Position numbers and translations under genes: made by a program. A stretch of DNA of 64,000 nucleotides. It comes from an uncultured bacterium. Lineage in GTDB: Bacteria > Patescibacteriota > Minisyncoccia > Phycocordibacterales > UBA9973. The stretch covers positions 1,714 through 65,713 of the forward strand of contig CAITGV010000002.1 of NCBI GenBank assembly GCA_903892035.1, in the 5' to 3' direction. Each line of letters opens with the position of its first letter. Position 1 is the first letter of the stretch. This document shows, piece by piece, positions 20,014-29,286 of this stretch. The notes below the pieces were generated by a model. It saw only the letters and a list, made by a program, of their open reading frames with translations. It did no database searches and was not told where the DNA came from.

Positions 20014-20553
20014 TTAGAGATTTTTTATCTCAGAATTAATTGAATCTCTTTCCTTAGCTGAAAGGTCATAGGTAATTGCTTCACATCCTGCATAGCTATA
20101 CGTCAATCCCAATCCTATTAGTGGTCTGCCTCCAATATCAAGACATTGTTGCGGTGAAAACTGTTCAACATACACCCAAGATTTTCCACCGTTTTCAGGA
20201 CAAACATCACCGAAGCAGTAACTAATAAATTTAACCTCCCTGTTGTTGTAGTAGTAGTATCCGCTTGGAAATTTATAAGAAAATTCTTTTGGGTGAGCAT
20301 TTAAAGGGTTCTGTATATAAACACCGGCATATGTTGTCCCTAAAAATGCAACACAAACGAGAACAATAATTGTAATTCTGAGTGCTTTTGGGGTGGCAAA
20401 AATAATACAAGAAATGATATATAAAATAAGAACAGCTATCAACCCCAGTGGCCTGATAATTGGAAGCTCTCCGTGGCTATAAAAGTACAAAGAAAAAAAC
20501 ATAACAATAGTTAATACTATTTTTGATATGTTTGGTGATATTAATTTCTTCAT
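20014..20553 (-). CDS. Hypothetical membrane protein (3 TM + small Cys-containing extracellular domain)
   Basis: Hydrophobic N-terminal half; CFGDVCP, C..IGG.P, GCE in C-terminal half. Confidence 0.7.
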   Translation of the reverse strand: MKKLISPNISKIVLTIVMFFSLYFYSHGELPIIRPLGLIAVLILYIISCIIFATPKALRITIIVLVCVAFLGTTYAGVYIQNPLNAHPKEFSYKFPSGYYYYNNREVKFISYCFGDVCPENGGKSWVYVEQFSPQQCLDIGGRPLIGLGLTYSYAGCEAITYDLSAKERDSINSEIKNL

Positions 20554-20564
20554 ATTAGTACTGC

Positions 20565-21980
20565 CTATTTTAGCAAATCTATTAATAATTGTCTTGCTAG
20601 TGCGGGGTTTGCGCTTCCTTTTGTTTCTTTCATTATTGCCCCAACTAGACCCATGATTGCGGTCTCTTTCCCCCCTTTATAGTCTGCCACAACCTTTGGA
20701 TTAGCATTAATAATTTTTTGTGCAATCTCTTTTAGCGCCCCTTCATCATTTTTTTGGAGTAAATCTTTTTCTGTTGCAATTTTCATTGGTGAATCATCGA
20801 CAAGCACAATCATTGCAAGTATATCTTTTGCACTTCGTGAGTTTATTTTTGAACTTATTACCATATCAATCAATTCTGCAAAATTTCCAGCTTTTGGGAG
20901 CTTAGCTTCCAAATTTACTTTCTGTAGCCCAAGGAGATCTGAAGTAATATAATTTGAAGCAATACGAATTTTTTCTTTATCATTTAAAATATCAGCTACA
21001 GCTTCGAACCAATGTGCAAGCTCTGGTGTAGTCACATAACTTTCGATGTCTTCAGCTTTAATACAGTATTTTTCTGCATAACGAATACGTTTAGCACTCG
21101 GTAGTTCAGGTAAATTATTTTTTAAGTCAGCATTATTAAAAATTTCGGAAAGTTTAAATTTTGTAATATCTGGATCAGGAAAATATCTATAATCATTTGA
21201 ATTTTCTTTCTTTCTTTGTGAAAAAGTAATCTGTTTATTTTCATCCCAACCGCGAGTCTCTTGCACAATTTCCTCTCCCCTTACAGACTCTAATAATTCA
21301 GTCATTCTTTCAATCTCGTATTCTGCCGCACGCTCTACCGCTCTAAATGAATTGATATTTTTGACTTCAACTTTGGTACCAAATTTTACAGGGTCAGCTG
21401 ATACTGAAATATTTAATTCAACACGCATCTCACCTTTTTCCATATTAGCTTTTGATACTCCAAGATATTGAAGTAAAAGTTGAAGTTCGCGTCCAAAGTT
21501 TCCTGCATCTTTTGCACTGTGAATCACAGGCTCAGTCACAAGCTCCATAAGAGGCACTCCGGCACGATTAAAATCCACAAGTGAATAATCTCCACCTGGG
21601 TGTTTATTTGTGCCAGTATCTTCTTCTAGGTGAATACGTGTAATTTTTACACCAGCTAGTTCTCCACCTGACACCATTGGGTATTTAAATTGAGTAATTT
21701 GGTAGCCTTTTGGAATATCTGGATAAAAGTAATTTTTTCTATCAAATTCAGTAAAATCTGCAATATTTCCATTTATTGCAAGCCCAACTCTAATCACAGA
21801 CTCAATTGCTTTTTTATTTGGTACAGGCATAGTACCTGGATGAGCCATACAGATTGGACAAATATTCCAATTTGGTCTCTCTTCATCTGGGTCATTCTTA
21901 CAAGAACAAAACATTTTTGTCACTGTATCAAGTTCGGCGTGAACCTCGAGCCCTATTGTGGTGTAATACTTTTTTTCCAT
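20565..21980 (-). CDS. gatB: Asp/Glu-tRNA amidotransferase subunit B
   Basis: IGLEVH, FDRKNYFYPD, HLEED, NRAGVPLMELVTEP, YRYFPDPD. Confidence 0.98.
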   Translation of the reverse strand: MEKKYYTTIGLEVHAELDTVTKMFCSCKNDPDEERPNWNICPICMAHPGTMPVPNKKAIESVIRVGLAINGNIADFTEFDRKNYFYPDIPKGYQITQFKYPMVSGGELAGVKITRIHLEEDTGTNKHPGGDYSLVDFNRAGVPLMELVTEPVIHSAKDAGNFGRELQLLLQYLGVSKANMEKGEMRVELNISVSADPVKFGTKVEVKNINSFRAVERAAEYEIERMTELLESVRGEEIVQETRGWDENKQITFSQRKKENSNDYRYFPDPDITKFKLSEIFNNADLKNNLPELPSAKRIRYAEKYCIKAEDIESYVTTPELAHWFEAVADILNDKEKIRIASNYITSDLLGLQKVNLEAKLPKAGNFAELIDMVISSKINSRSAKDILAMIVLVDDSPMKIATEKDLLQKNDEGALKEIAQKIINANPKVVADYKGGKETAIMGLVGAIMKETKGSANPALARQLLIDLLK

Positions 21981-22000
21981 GAATTCAGTATAGCAGAAAT

Positions 22001-23008
22001 TTATTCGCGAATCAGCTTGACTAATTCATCACTAAATTTTTTGACGCTTTTATCGTCATATAGAGAAATTGTATAAACAGGCTTTTTGAGTTTTTTAAAC
22101 TCCGCAACTTTTTTGGCAATTATTTTTTCTTTAGTATTTAATTTAGTTTTTCCATCTTCAACTACATCTGTTTTGGTTAATAAAATTATTTCATCTTTTT
22201 CATCAAGACCATTACCATAGGCTTTCAATTCCTTTCGAATTTGTTTATAAACCTTCATCATTCCCCCCTTTTCAATTTCATTTTCAAAAGAAATTAGGTG
22301 AAGAATTTTTTTAGTTCTCATAATGTGACGAAGAAATTTCACACCTAAGCCTTTGCCTTCACTTGCACCTTCTATAACACCAGGAATGTCAGCAATGATG
22401 TGCCCATAAAAGTCTCCAAGATTTGGGTCGAGGGTTGTAAAAGCGTAATCACCTATTTTTGCACGAGAATTTGTTAAAGCATTTAGAAGTGAGCTTTTTC
22501 CTGCATTTGGAAGTCCAACCAAGCCCATATCTGCAAAAAGTCGGAGCTCAATATGAAAGTCAGCATCGTCACCAGGTTTACCTTTTGTGGCCTTTGTGGG
22601 TGTAGTATTGATTGAACTTTTGTAATGTTCATTTCCATTTCCACCAAATCCACCTTTCAATAAAAGTATTTTTTGACCCTCTTCCACAAGCTCGTAAGTA
22701 TTTCCATTTTGCTTATTTGTAATTAAAGAGCCGACAGGTAATTCAAAAAAAAGTTTAACGCCATTTGCACCGTGTTTACTTCCACCCATTCCGTTTTCAC
22801 CACGTCCAGCTTTAAATTCCTTTTTGTGACGGTATTCTGCAAGTTTAAACGGATCACGGCAACCAAGGGCGTATACATCACCACCGTGTCCACCATCTCC
22901 TCCATTTGGTCCACCTTTATCAATAAATTTTTCATGACGCCATCGTACAACACCGTCGCCTCCACGTCCTGCTTCAAGATTCACATTGATTTCATCTATA
23001 AATGCCAT
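22001..23008 (-). CDS. obg: Obg GTPase
   Basis: Gly-rich N-domain, [20 protein letters not shown]. Confidence 0.97.
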   Translation of the reverse strand: MAFIDEINVNLEAGRGGDGVVRWRHEKFIDKGGPNGGDGGHGGDVYALGCRDPFKLAEYRHKKEFKAGRGENGMGGSKHGANGVKLFFELPVGSLITNKQNGNTYELVEEGQKILLLKGGFGGNGNEHYKSSINTTPTKATKGKPGDDADFHIELRLFADMGLVGLPNAGKSSLLNALTNSRAKIGDYAFTTLDPNLGDFYGHIIADIPGVIEGASEGKGLGVKFLRHIMRTKKILHLISFENEIEKGGMMKVYKQIRKELKAYGNGLDEKDEIILLTKTDVVEDGKTKLNTKEKIIAKKVAEFKKLKKPVYTISLYDDKSVKKFSDELVKLIRE

Positions 23009-23012
23009 AAAA

Positions 23013-23897
23013 TTAAATTGCTTTTTGTGCGAGGGCTATTGCCCCTGCACGTGAATTGGTAACTGCCATAAAAAGTCCATTGTGACAAAAAATTGCATCA
23101 GGAACACCAGAAGCTTTTGCCATGTCCTCATCCCTCATTCCGGCCCAAGCATGTGGTAAATATTTCCTACATTCAAATGATCCAAGTTTTACACGCACAC
23201 CTTCAACTTTCCAATTTCCGTCTGGTCTTGGGGCTACAACAAAAAGTGTTTCTGGGTAATTTATGGCAATTTCTTCCCAAGGATATTTACCATCGAGAAC
23301 GAGGATTTTCTTGTCTGTTGTTTCTCTGTAAATTTTATTTACCAATGCTTCACCCTGCACAGCATCTATCATTCTAGAAATTTCTCTCATTAAAATTTCT
23401 TGTGCAAATTTTACAACTTCCATAAAAGGTTTATCGTAGTCTTCGCCTTCTTTCCAACTTGGTCTAAAAGCATAAAAAGCACTTTGAATTAAATAAGGTG
23501 GTAGGTGAATTCGTAGGTCGAATAAATTAATTCCATTGTCACCGGCATCGATTGACTGAACTAATTTTTCATCAATTTTATCTGCAACTGTCTTTGAACC
23601 ACATAGTTGCTCTCCGAACTTTTTCCAAACCAAACCGAAAGATGCATATGGAATGCTGTTTGGTCTTAGACCTGCTCCGCCAATTTGATGGTGATCAAAA
23701 TGATTCTTTTCGGGATTATGTTCGCCACCTACATCTACAACATAGTCTGCACTATCAATAATATTTTTGTCCCTCGTGCGAATAATTTTTGCTTTATTTT
23801 CTAAAAGTATTAAGAGTGTCGCACAAGCAAAAATATCGTCAGCATGAAAACTTCCGTTGTGAGCCACTATAGTTTTTTTCTTTGTAAATATACTCAT
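23013..23897 (-). CDS. MYG1-family exonuclease (UPF0160)
   Basis: [24 protein letters not shown]. Confidence 0.93.
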   Translation of the reverse strand: MSIFTKKKTIVAHNGSFHADDIFACATLLILLENKAKIIRTRDKNIIDSADYVVDVGGEHNPEKNHFDHHQIGGAGLRPNSIPYASFGLVWKKFGEQLCGSKTVADKIDEKLVQSIDAGDNGINLFDLRIHLPPYLIQSAFYAFRPSWKEGEDYDKPFMEVVKFAQEILMREISRMIDAVQGEALVNKIYRETTDKKILVLDGKYPWEEIAINYPETLFVVAPRPDGNWKVEGVRVKLGSFECRKYLPHAWAGMRDEDMAKASGVPDAIFCHNGLFMAVTNSRAGAIALAQKAI

Positions 23898-23898
23898 A

Positions 23899-24498
23899 TT
23901 ATTTATTCAAATTTTCTTCACTCAATTCATAAATAAAACTAGCCAATTTTTGAAGTAATACAAACCCTATAATAAATGCAACAATTAATAATGTAAACCA
24001 TTTAAAGTTGTGACTAATTTTTATTGCTTCACTACTAAAGAAATAACCAATTGACAGAAGTGCGGTAAGCCATATTGCTGACGATGAAAGTTCGGCTGAA
24101 GCATATGTTTTAAAATTCACTTTTGAATATCCGGAAAAAATAAGTGTGAAATGATTCATGCCGTATATAAACTTTGAAATAAATATTGACCAAAATGGTT
24201 TTTGTTTAAATTTTGGTAAAACATAATTTATTTTCCTCTCAATAAAACTAAATAAACGATTTTGCATGCGACGAGAAGATAAAAATATTCCTAAATAATA
24301 CCAAATTATTGTTTTCATTATTGAACCAGCAATTGCTATATAAAGAACTTGCCAGAAAGTCACAGCCCCCAAGTGTGTCAAAATTCCAGCGAAAATCAAA
24401 ACCACCTCACCCTCTATTATTATCCAAAGTAATAAAATTAATAATGAAAAAGTTTGGTGCGATGTAATAAAGTGATTTAATAAATTAATTGTATTCAT
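23899..24498 (-). CDS. DedA/VTT-family membrane protein
   Basis: EGEVVLIFAG, SKFIYG, hydrophobic profile. Confidence 0.85.
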   Translation of the reverse strand: MNTINLLNHFITSHQTFSLLILLLWIIIEGEVVLIFAGILTHLGAVTFWQVLYIAIAGSIMKTIIWYYLGIFLSSRRMQNRLFSFIERKINYVLPKFKQKPFWSIFISKFIYGMNHFTLIFSGYSKVNFKTYASAELSSSAIWLTALLSIGYFFSSEAIKISHNFKWFTLLIVAFIIGFVLLQKLASFIYELSEENLNK

Positions 24499-24499
24499 A

Positions 24500-24952
24500 T
24501 TATGAAAACAATGAATCCACTACCTCCTTTACTACACTGCCGTCTGCTTTTCCTTTCAAATCCTTCATTAAAGCCGACATAAGCAAGCCTTTTTTTGTAG
24601 TATCGGTAATTCCCAATTCAATTTGCTTAACTTTTGCAATGCTTATGACTTCAGATTTATCCATGAGCTTTGGGAGATAAATTTCGATATATGCATATTG
24701 GGCTTTCTCTTCATCTACTAAATCCTGGCGACCAGCACTTGTAAATTGCTCAATGGAGTCTTTGCGCTGTTTTGCAAGACGAGAGATCACAGCTAAAACC
24801 TCTTCATCGGAAAGCGTGTCTTGGGGTTTCTTGCCTTTTGCCACCAATTCATTTGTAATTGCTGCTGAAATTCCACGCACAACTGACAATTTAATGGCAT
24901 CTTTTGCCATCATTGCCTCTTTTATTTGATTTTTAATTGTTTCTTGTAACAC
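24500..24952 (-). CDS. GatB/YqeY domain protein (start reassigned to GTG 24952)
   Basis: IKEAMMAKD, KQRKDSIEQF..GRQDL..E, YLP, KADG. Confidence 0.92.
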   Translation of the reverse strand: MLQETIKNQIKEAMMAKDAIKLSVVRGISAAITNELVAKGKKPQDTLSDEEVLAVISRLAKQRKDSIEQFTSAGRQDLVDEEKAQYAYIEIYLPKLMDKSEVISIAKVKQIELGITDTTKKGLLMSALMKDLKGKADGSVVKEVVDSLFS

Positions 24953-24988
24953 GATACCATTATAGCAAAATATGTTATAATTTCCTAT

Positions 24989-25717
24989 ATGCAAAAAAAA
25001 TTACTATTTTTAGATACAGAGACAACGGGAAATGAAGAAAAGGATTACTTATGTGAAATCGCATACATTTGTGGTGATATTAAGAAAGAGGCAATGTTTA
25101 AGCCTCAGGTTCCTATAACAGTGGGTTCTATGGCTGTGCACCATATTACAAATAAAATGGTCAAAGACCGCGGACCTTTTATTGGTAGTCCTGAATATAA
25201 TGAAATCAAAAATTTACTGGCTGATGAATCAAATATCTTTGTTGCACATAATGCAATGTTTGATATTAAGATGATTAAAAAAGAAGGTCTTGATGTAAAA
25301 AAATATATTTGTACTCTTCGAGTCGCAAGGCACCTTGATCCGGAAGAAAAAATTGAATCTTATAGACTGCAATATCTTCGTTATTTACTTGAAATAGAAG
25401 TAGATGGTACCGCACACGATGCACTTGGTGATGTGCTAGTGCTTGAGCAACTTTTTGCACGACTTCAGAAAAAAATAATGGAAACTGACAATATTTCTGC
25501 CGATGAAGCAATTGAAAAAATGATTGAAATATCTTCTACTCCATCACTTATAAAATCTTTCAAATTTGGTAAACACAATGGTAAAACTGTCGCTGAGGTT
25601 GCAAAAATTGATGCTGGTTACCTCGATTGGCTTCTTAAACAAAAAATGGAAAATGAAGGCGACGAAGAAGATTGGATTTATACCCTCCGCCACTACCTCG
25701 GCAAATTACCTATATAA
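24989..25717 (+). CDS. DEDDh 3'-5' exonuclease (ExoX-like) with C-terminal FGKH..YL.W motif
   Basis: FLDTETTG, VAHNAMFD, CTL, AHDALGDV. Confidence 0.9.
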   Translation: MQKKLLFLDTETTGNEEKDYLCEIAYICGDIKKEAMFKPQVPITVGSMAVHHITNKMVKDRGPFIGSPEYNEIKNLLADESNIFVAHNAMFDIKMIKKEGLDVKKYICTLRVARHLDPEEKIESYRLQYLRYLLEIEVDGTAHDALGDVLVLEQLFARLQKKIMETDNISADEAIEKMIEISSTPSLIKSFKFGKHNGKTVAEVAKIDAGYLDWLLKQKMENEGDEEDWIYTLRHYLGKLPI

Positions 25718-25749
25718 AAAAAGCCCTCCATAAAAACGGAAGGCTTTTT
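25718..25749. terminator. Bidirectional terminator
   Basis: AAAAAGCCCTCC...GGAAGGCTTTTT between convergent genes. Confidence 0.7.
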
Positions 25750-25766
25750 GTTCGACAGCTAAAAAT

Positions 25767-26201
25767 CTACATGCTTAGAGAAATATGTCTGAATTTTTTA
25801 CTAGGACATATTGCAACTTTCTTTCCTAATAATGTGTTTCCGTAGAACCAGCTACTTACATAATTGGAATCACTTACGTACTCTCTTACAGAAATAACTT
25901 TTTTCTCAAAAGTCATTCTTCTGCCTGAGAGCATGTCATCCACAGCATAGAAGTTGTAATTTCTTGGTAATTTAGCATAAAGAGTATCATTCTCTATACT
26001 AAAGTACTTAGAAAAATACATGGAAAAACTCATTGAATCCTCATCTGAAGATTGTGTCCTCAGATGAAGTAAGTGGATTTCCATTGAGTCGATTTTGTAC
26101 GTTTTGTCAATAACGTAATCTTTTGGTTTGAATTCATTTTGCCCAAAAATTACTGGGCATGTTAACAGTAGGAGACAAACTCCCATGATAATTTTTTTCA
26201 A
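25767..26201 (-). CDS. Hypothetical secreted protein (orphan, TTG start)
   Basis: MKKIIMGVCLLLLTCPVIFGQ signal peptide; own consensus promoter upstream. Confidence 0.6.
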   Translation of the reverse strand: MKKIIMGVCLLLLTCPVIFGQNEFKPKDYVIDKTYKIDSMEIHLLHLRTQSSDEDSMSFSMYFSKYFSIENDTLYAKLPRNYNFYAVDDMLSGRRMTFEKKVISVREYVSDSNYVSSWFYGNTLLGKKVAICPSKKFRHISLSM

Positions 26202-26254
26202 AATAATAATTATTTGATTGTTTTAAAGAATATAGACTATCCATATCCAAAGAA

Positions 26255-26283
26255 ACTTTAACATTTTTATTGATATATGTCAA
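26255..26283 (-). promoter_or_regulatory. Predicted sigma70 promoter of orphan gene
   Basis: TTGACA-N17-TAAAGT with TG extension. Confidence 0.6.
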
Positions 26284-26318
26284 TTGAAAAAACGCCATAA
26301 TATATGGCGTTTTTTCAA
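26284..26318 (-). terminator. Terminator of dnaK operon
   Basis: TTGAAAAAACGCCATA-ATA-TATGGCGTTTTTTCAA perfect inverted repeat. Confidence 0.8.
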
Positions 26319-26327
26319 GATTTTGTA

Positions 26328-26597
26328 TTACTCTTTATCCTCTTTTGCGAACATTCGCATGAGTGAACTTGATATAATTACTATAAATACAGTGATGACG
26401 ATTGCATAGATAAATTTTGGTAAAATTCCATTTCCATCAAGTGGAAAGAAATATTTTATTAGTGATGATATTGCTTCATTCCATGCAAGACCGGCAACTA
26501 ATCCTAGTGCGGTAAAAATGTAACCCATTGTACGCTCTCGGAGTTCCCTCTTTACAACACTTGCGCTTTTTTTAATATTTGATATTTTGTTTTCCAT
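26328..26597 (-). CDS. Small membrane protein, DUF5654-like
   Basis: ALGLVAGLAWNEAI, KFIYA motifs. Confidence 0.8.
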   Translation of the reverse strand: MENKISNIKKSASVVKRELRERTMGYIFTALGLVAGLAWNEAISSLIKYFFPLDGNGILPKFIYAIVITVFIVIISSSLMRMFAKEDKE

Positions 26598-26602
26598 AAA
26601 TT

Positions 26603-28501
26603 TTATTTATTTGGTTGCTCACCACCAGTTTCTGCATCTTTTATTTCTTCACCCTGAGTTTCTGGTGATGGATTTGCATCTGGATTTGGAGCTTCTCCAG
26701 CCTTTGACATTTCTTCGCCAACTTTTGAAAGCGCATCAGAAAGAGTTGACGTTGCATTTTTAATTGCTTCAATGTCAGTTCCTTCTTTAGTCATTTTCAA
26801 TGTTGTCATTTTATCCTCAATGTCTTTTTTTGTTTCTGGAGAAATTTTTTCACCGTAATCTTTCAAAGATTTTTCTGCTGTGAAGTACATCATATCTGCA
26901 GTATTTTTATGATCAACTATTTCTTTTTTCTTCGCATCTTCTTCAGCGTGAAGCTCTGCATCTTGTTGCATTTTCTTTATATCAGCATCTGTAAGACCTG
27001 AACTTGCCTCGATACGGATAGTCTGAGATTTACCAGAAGCTTTGTCCATTGCTTTCACGTTTAGAATTCCGTTTGCATCCACGTCGAACGTAACTTCAAC
27101 TTGAGGAATTCCTCTTGGTGCTGGTGGAATACCATCGAGAATAAATCGGCCGAGAGATTTGTTGTCGCTTGCCATTGGGCGTTCACCTTGAGTGATGTGG
27201 ATTTCCACAGAGGTCTGATTGTCCGCAGCGGTTGAGAAAGTCTGAGACTTGGATGAAGGAATAGTTGTATTTCGTTCTACAAGCTTTGTAGACACACCGC
27301 CTAGAGTTTCTATGCCAAGTGATAGTGGAATAACATCTAGGAGTAGCACATCGCGTACATCACCTTTTAGAACTCCACCTTGCACAGCAGCTCCGAGAGC
27401 TACGACTTCGTCAGGATTGATTGAAAGATTTGGAGCTTTGCCGCCAAAGAGCTTCTTCACTTCTTCAACAATCTTTGGCATTCTTGTTTGTCCTCCAACC
27501 ATTATGATTTCATTTATTTCACCCATTTTGAATGGTGAAGCTTCAAGAGCACGCTTTGTGATAGCGATTGATTGAGCAATAAATTCATCGGCAATTTCTT
27601 CGAGCTTTGCGCGAGACATTTTGATAAGCAAGTGTTTTGGACCATCTGCACCAGAAGTGATAAATGGAATATTTATTTCAGTTTCTACAGCAGTTGAGAG
27701 TTCAATCTTTGCTTTCTCAGCAGCCTCATCGAGACGCTGAAGAGCAAGAGGATCCTTCGTAATATCAATTCCACTTTCTTTTTTGAATTCTGTCGCGAGC
27801 CAATTGATGATTTTCTGGTCAATGTCGCGTCCGCCCATGTGAGAGTCGCCATCTGTAGATTTCACTTCGATAACGTCGCCAGAAACTTCCAATACTGACA
27901 CGTCGAATGTTCCGCCTCCGAAGTCGTACACGACAATCTTCTCATCTTTCTTTGTATTGAATCCGTATGCAAGTGCAGCTGCTGTTGGCTCATTGATGAT
28001 ACGCTTCACATCGAGTCCTGCGATAGCGCCAGCATCTTTTGTTGCTTTTCTTTGAGCATCGTTGAAGTATGCAGGCACTGTGATGACGGCTTCTGTGATT
28101 TTCTCACCAAGCTTTGCTTCCACATCAGCTTTAATTTTTCCAAGAATCATTGCAGAAATTTCTTCCGGACGATACCATTTATCTCCAACTTTCACTTCGA
28201 CACCACCATCAGTTCCTTTCTGAATTTTGAAAGGACTTGTCTTTTGTGCTTTTTGAATTTCTGGATCGTCGAACATGTGGCCCATAAAGCGTTTGATACC
28301 GTAAATCGTATTTTCTGGATTGGTCACTGCTTGGCGTTTCGCAAGAAGTCCCACCAAACGATCGCCATTTTTTGCAATAGCGACAATAGAAGGCGTCGTG
28401 CGATTGCCCTCAATGTTTTCTATAATCTTCGGCTGTCCTCCTTCAATTATTCCGACAGCTGAATTTGTTGTACCCAAATCGATTCCTATTATTTTTGACA
28501 T
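26603..28501 (-). CDS. dnaK: Chaperone DnaK
   Basis: [33 protein letters not shown]. Confidence 0.99.
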   Translation of the reverse strand: MSKIIGIDLGTTNSAVGIIEGGQPKIIENIEGNRTTPSIVAIAKNGDRLVGLLAKRQAVTNPENTIYGIKRFMGHMFDDPEIQKAQKTSPFKIQKGTDGGVEVKVGDKWYRPEEISAMILGKIKADVEAKLGEKITEAVITVPAYFNDAQRKATKDAGAIAGLDVKRIINEPTAAALAYGFNTKKDEKIVVYDFGGGTFDVSVLEVSGDVIEVKSTDGDSHMGGRDIDQKIINWLATEFKKESGIDITKDPLALQRLDEAAEKAKIELSTAVETEINIPFITSGADGPKHLLIKMSRAKLEEIADEFIAQSIAITKRALEASPFKMGEINEIIMVGGQTRMPKIVEEVKKLFGGKAPNLSINPDEVVALGAAVQGGVLKGDVRDVLLLDVIPLSLGIETLGGVSTKLVERNTTIPSSKSQTFSTAADNQTSVEIHITQGERPMASDNKSLGRFILDGIPPAPRGIPQVEVTFDVDANGILNVKAMDKASGKSQTIRIEASSGLTDADIKKMQQDAELHAEEDAKKKEIVDHKNTADMMYFTAEKSLKDYGEKISPETKKDIEDKMTTLKMTKEGTDIEAIKNATSTLSDALSKVGEEMSKAGEAPNPDANPSPETQGEEIKDAETGGEQPNK

Positions 28502-28686
28502 ATATTTTTATATATAGTTAATTAATAAAGATTGATAATTTATTTTACTCATCAAATATATCACATTTGCAGATATTTTGACAAGTATTTCGTGACCGCT
28601 GAAAGCTTGTCAAATAGAGTATATATGATAGTCTATATGTATGTCAATCCCGTAGAGTGGATTTCCGCCACGGGACAAGGAAAACA

Positions 28687-29286
28687 ATGAAAAAACAAGA
28701 ATTTTCAAGAAAAATAATGAGGATTTTAGGAGAAAAGAAGGCGATTTCTATGCAGGAATTGACTGATAAATTATACAACCCCTCCCGACCTCCCCTTATC
28801 AAGGGAGGCCAAACTGCTATGTATTCCATTCCCCCTGATAAGGGGGACAAAGGGGGTTATAACCCTTCATATGCCATTACCCGATCACTTAAAGGTCTTA
28901 AAGACGCTGGGCTAGTAGAGCATATTTCATCGGGGCAAAATGACTATGTACGAATGACCAAAGAAGGGAAAAAGAAGGCACATAGTTTGAAATTGGAAAA
29001 TGATACAACACTTGTGGATCCATCGTGGGATGGAAAATGGAGAATTATTTTACTTGATTTACCAGAGTCACGAAAAAACGAACGCGAGAGTTTACGTTAT
29101 TTATTGAAAAAGGCAGGTTTTGTTTGTCTAAAAAATTCAGCATGGATTTCCCCCTACCCTTTTGAACATCTATTTGAGAATATCAAAAAAGATTTAGGAC
29201 TCACAACTGAGTTTATGATAATCACAACAGACAGTCTCGACGAAGACACGGAAAAAATAATTAAGGAGAACTTTTGGAAAAACTAA
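28687..29286 (+). CDS. PaaX-like winged-helix transcriptional regulator (with 84-bp palindromic insertion)
   Basis: wHTH then WDGKWRIILLDLPE..RESLRY.L..AGF..L.NSAWISP. Confidence 0.82.
   Translation: MKKQEFSRKIMRILGEKKAISMQELTDKLYNPSRPPLIKGGQTAMYSIPPDKGDKGGYNPSYAITRSLKGLKDAGLVEHISSGQNDYVRMTKEGKKKAHSLKLENDTTLVDPSWDGKWRIILLDLPESRKNERESLRYLLKKAGFVCLKNSAWISPYPFEHLFENIKKDLGLTTEFMIITTDSLDEDTEKIIKENFWKN
28774..28860. repeat. Double-hairpin REPIN-like element in-frame in PaaX-like gene
   Basis: AACCCCTCCCGACCTCCCCTTATCAAGGGAGG ... TCCCCCTGATAAGGGGGACAAAGGGGGTT; halves are inverted copies. Confidence 0.8.

Larger units (their letters stand above)
19385..20017 (+). mobile_element. REP-associated tyrosine transposase (RAYT/TnpA-REP, HUH Y1 family)
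   Basis: YYHIYNRG, AYC..NHFHL (HUH), YFN.K.KRTG.LFQG.FKS, catalytic Tyr in AYVNMN; cognate hairpins nearby. Confidence 0.9.

Noticed and set aside
19385-20017. Ordinary IS200/IS605 insertion sequence
   Set aside because: No tnpB, protein longer than IS200 TnpA with RAYT-type motifs, and hairpins are internal and dispersed rather than at two element ends
28687-29286. Cas2 / CRISPR locus
   Set aside because: The ferredoxin-like PaaX domain resembles Cas2, but it is fused to a wHTH and no cas1 or repeat-spacer array is seen in the window
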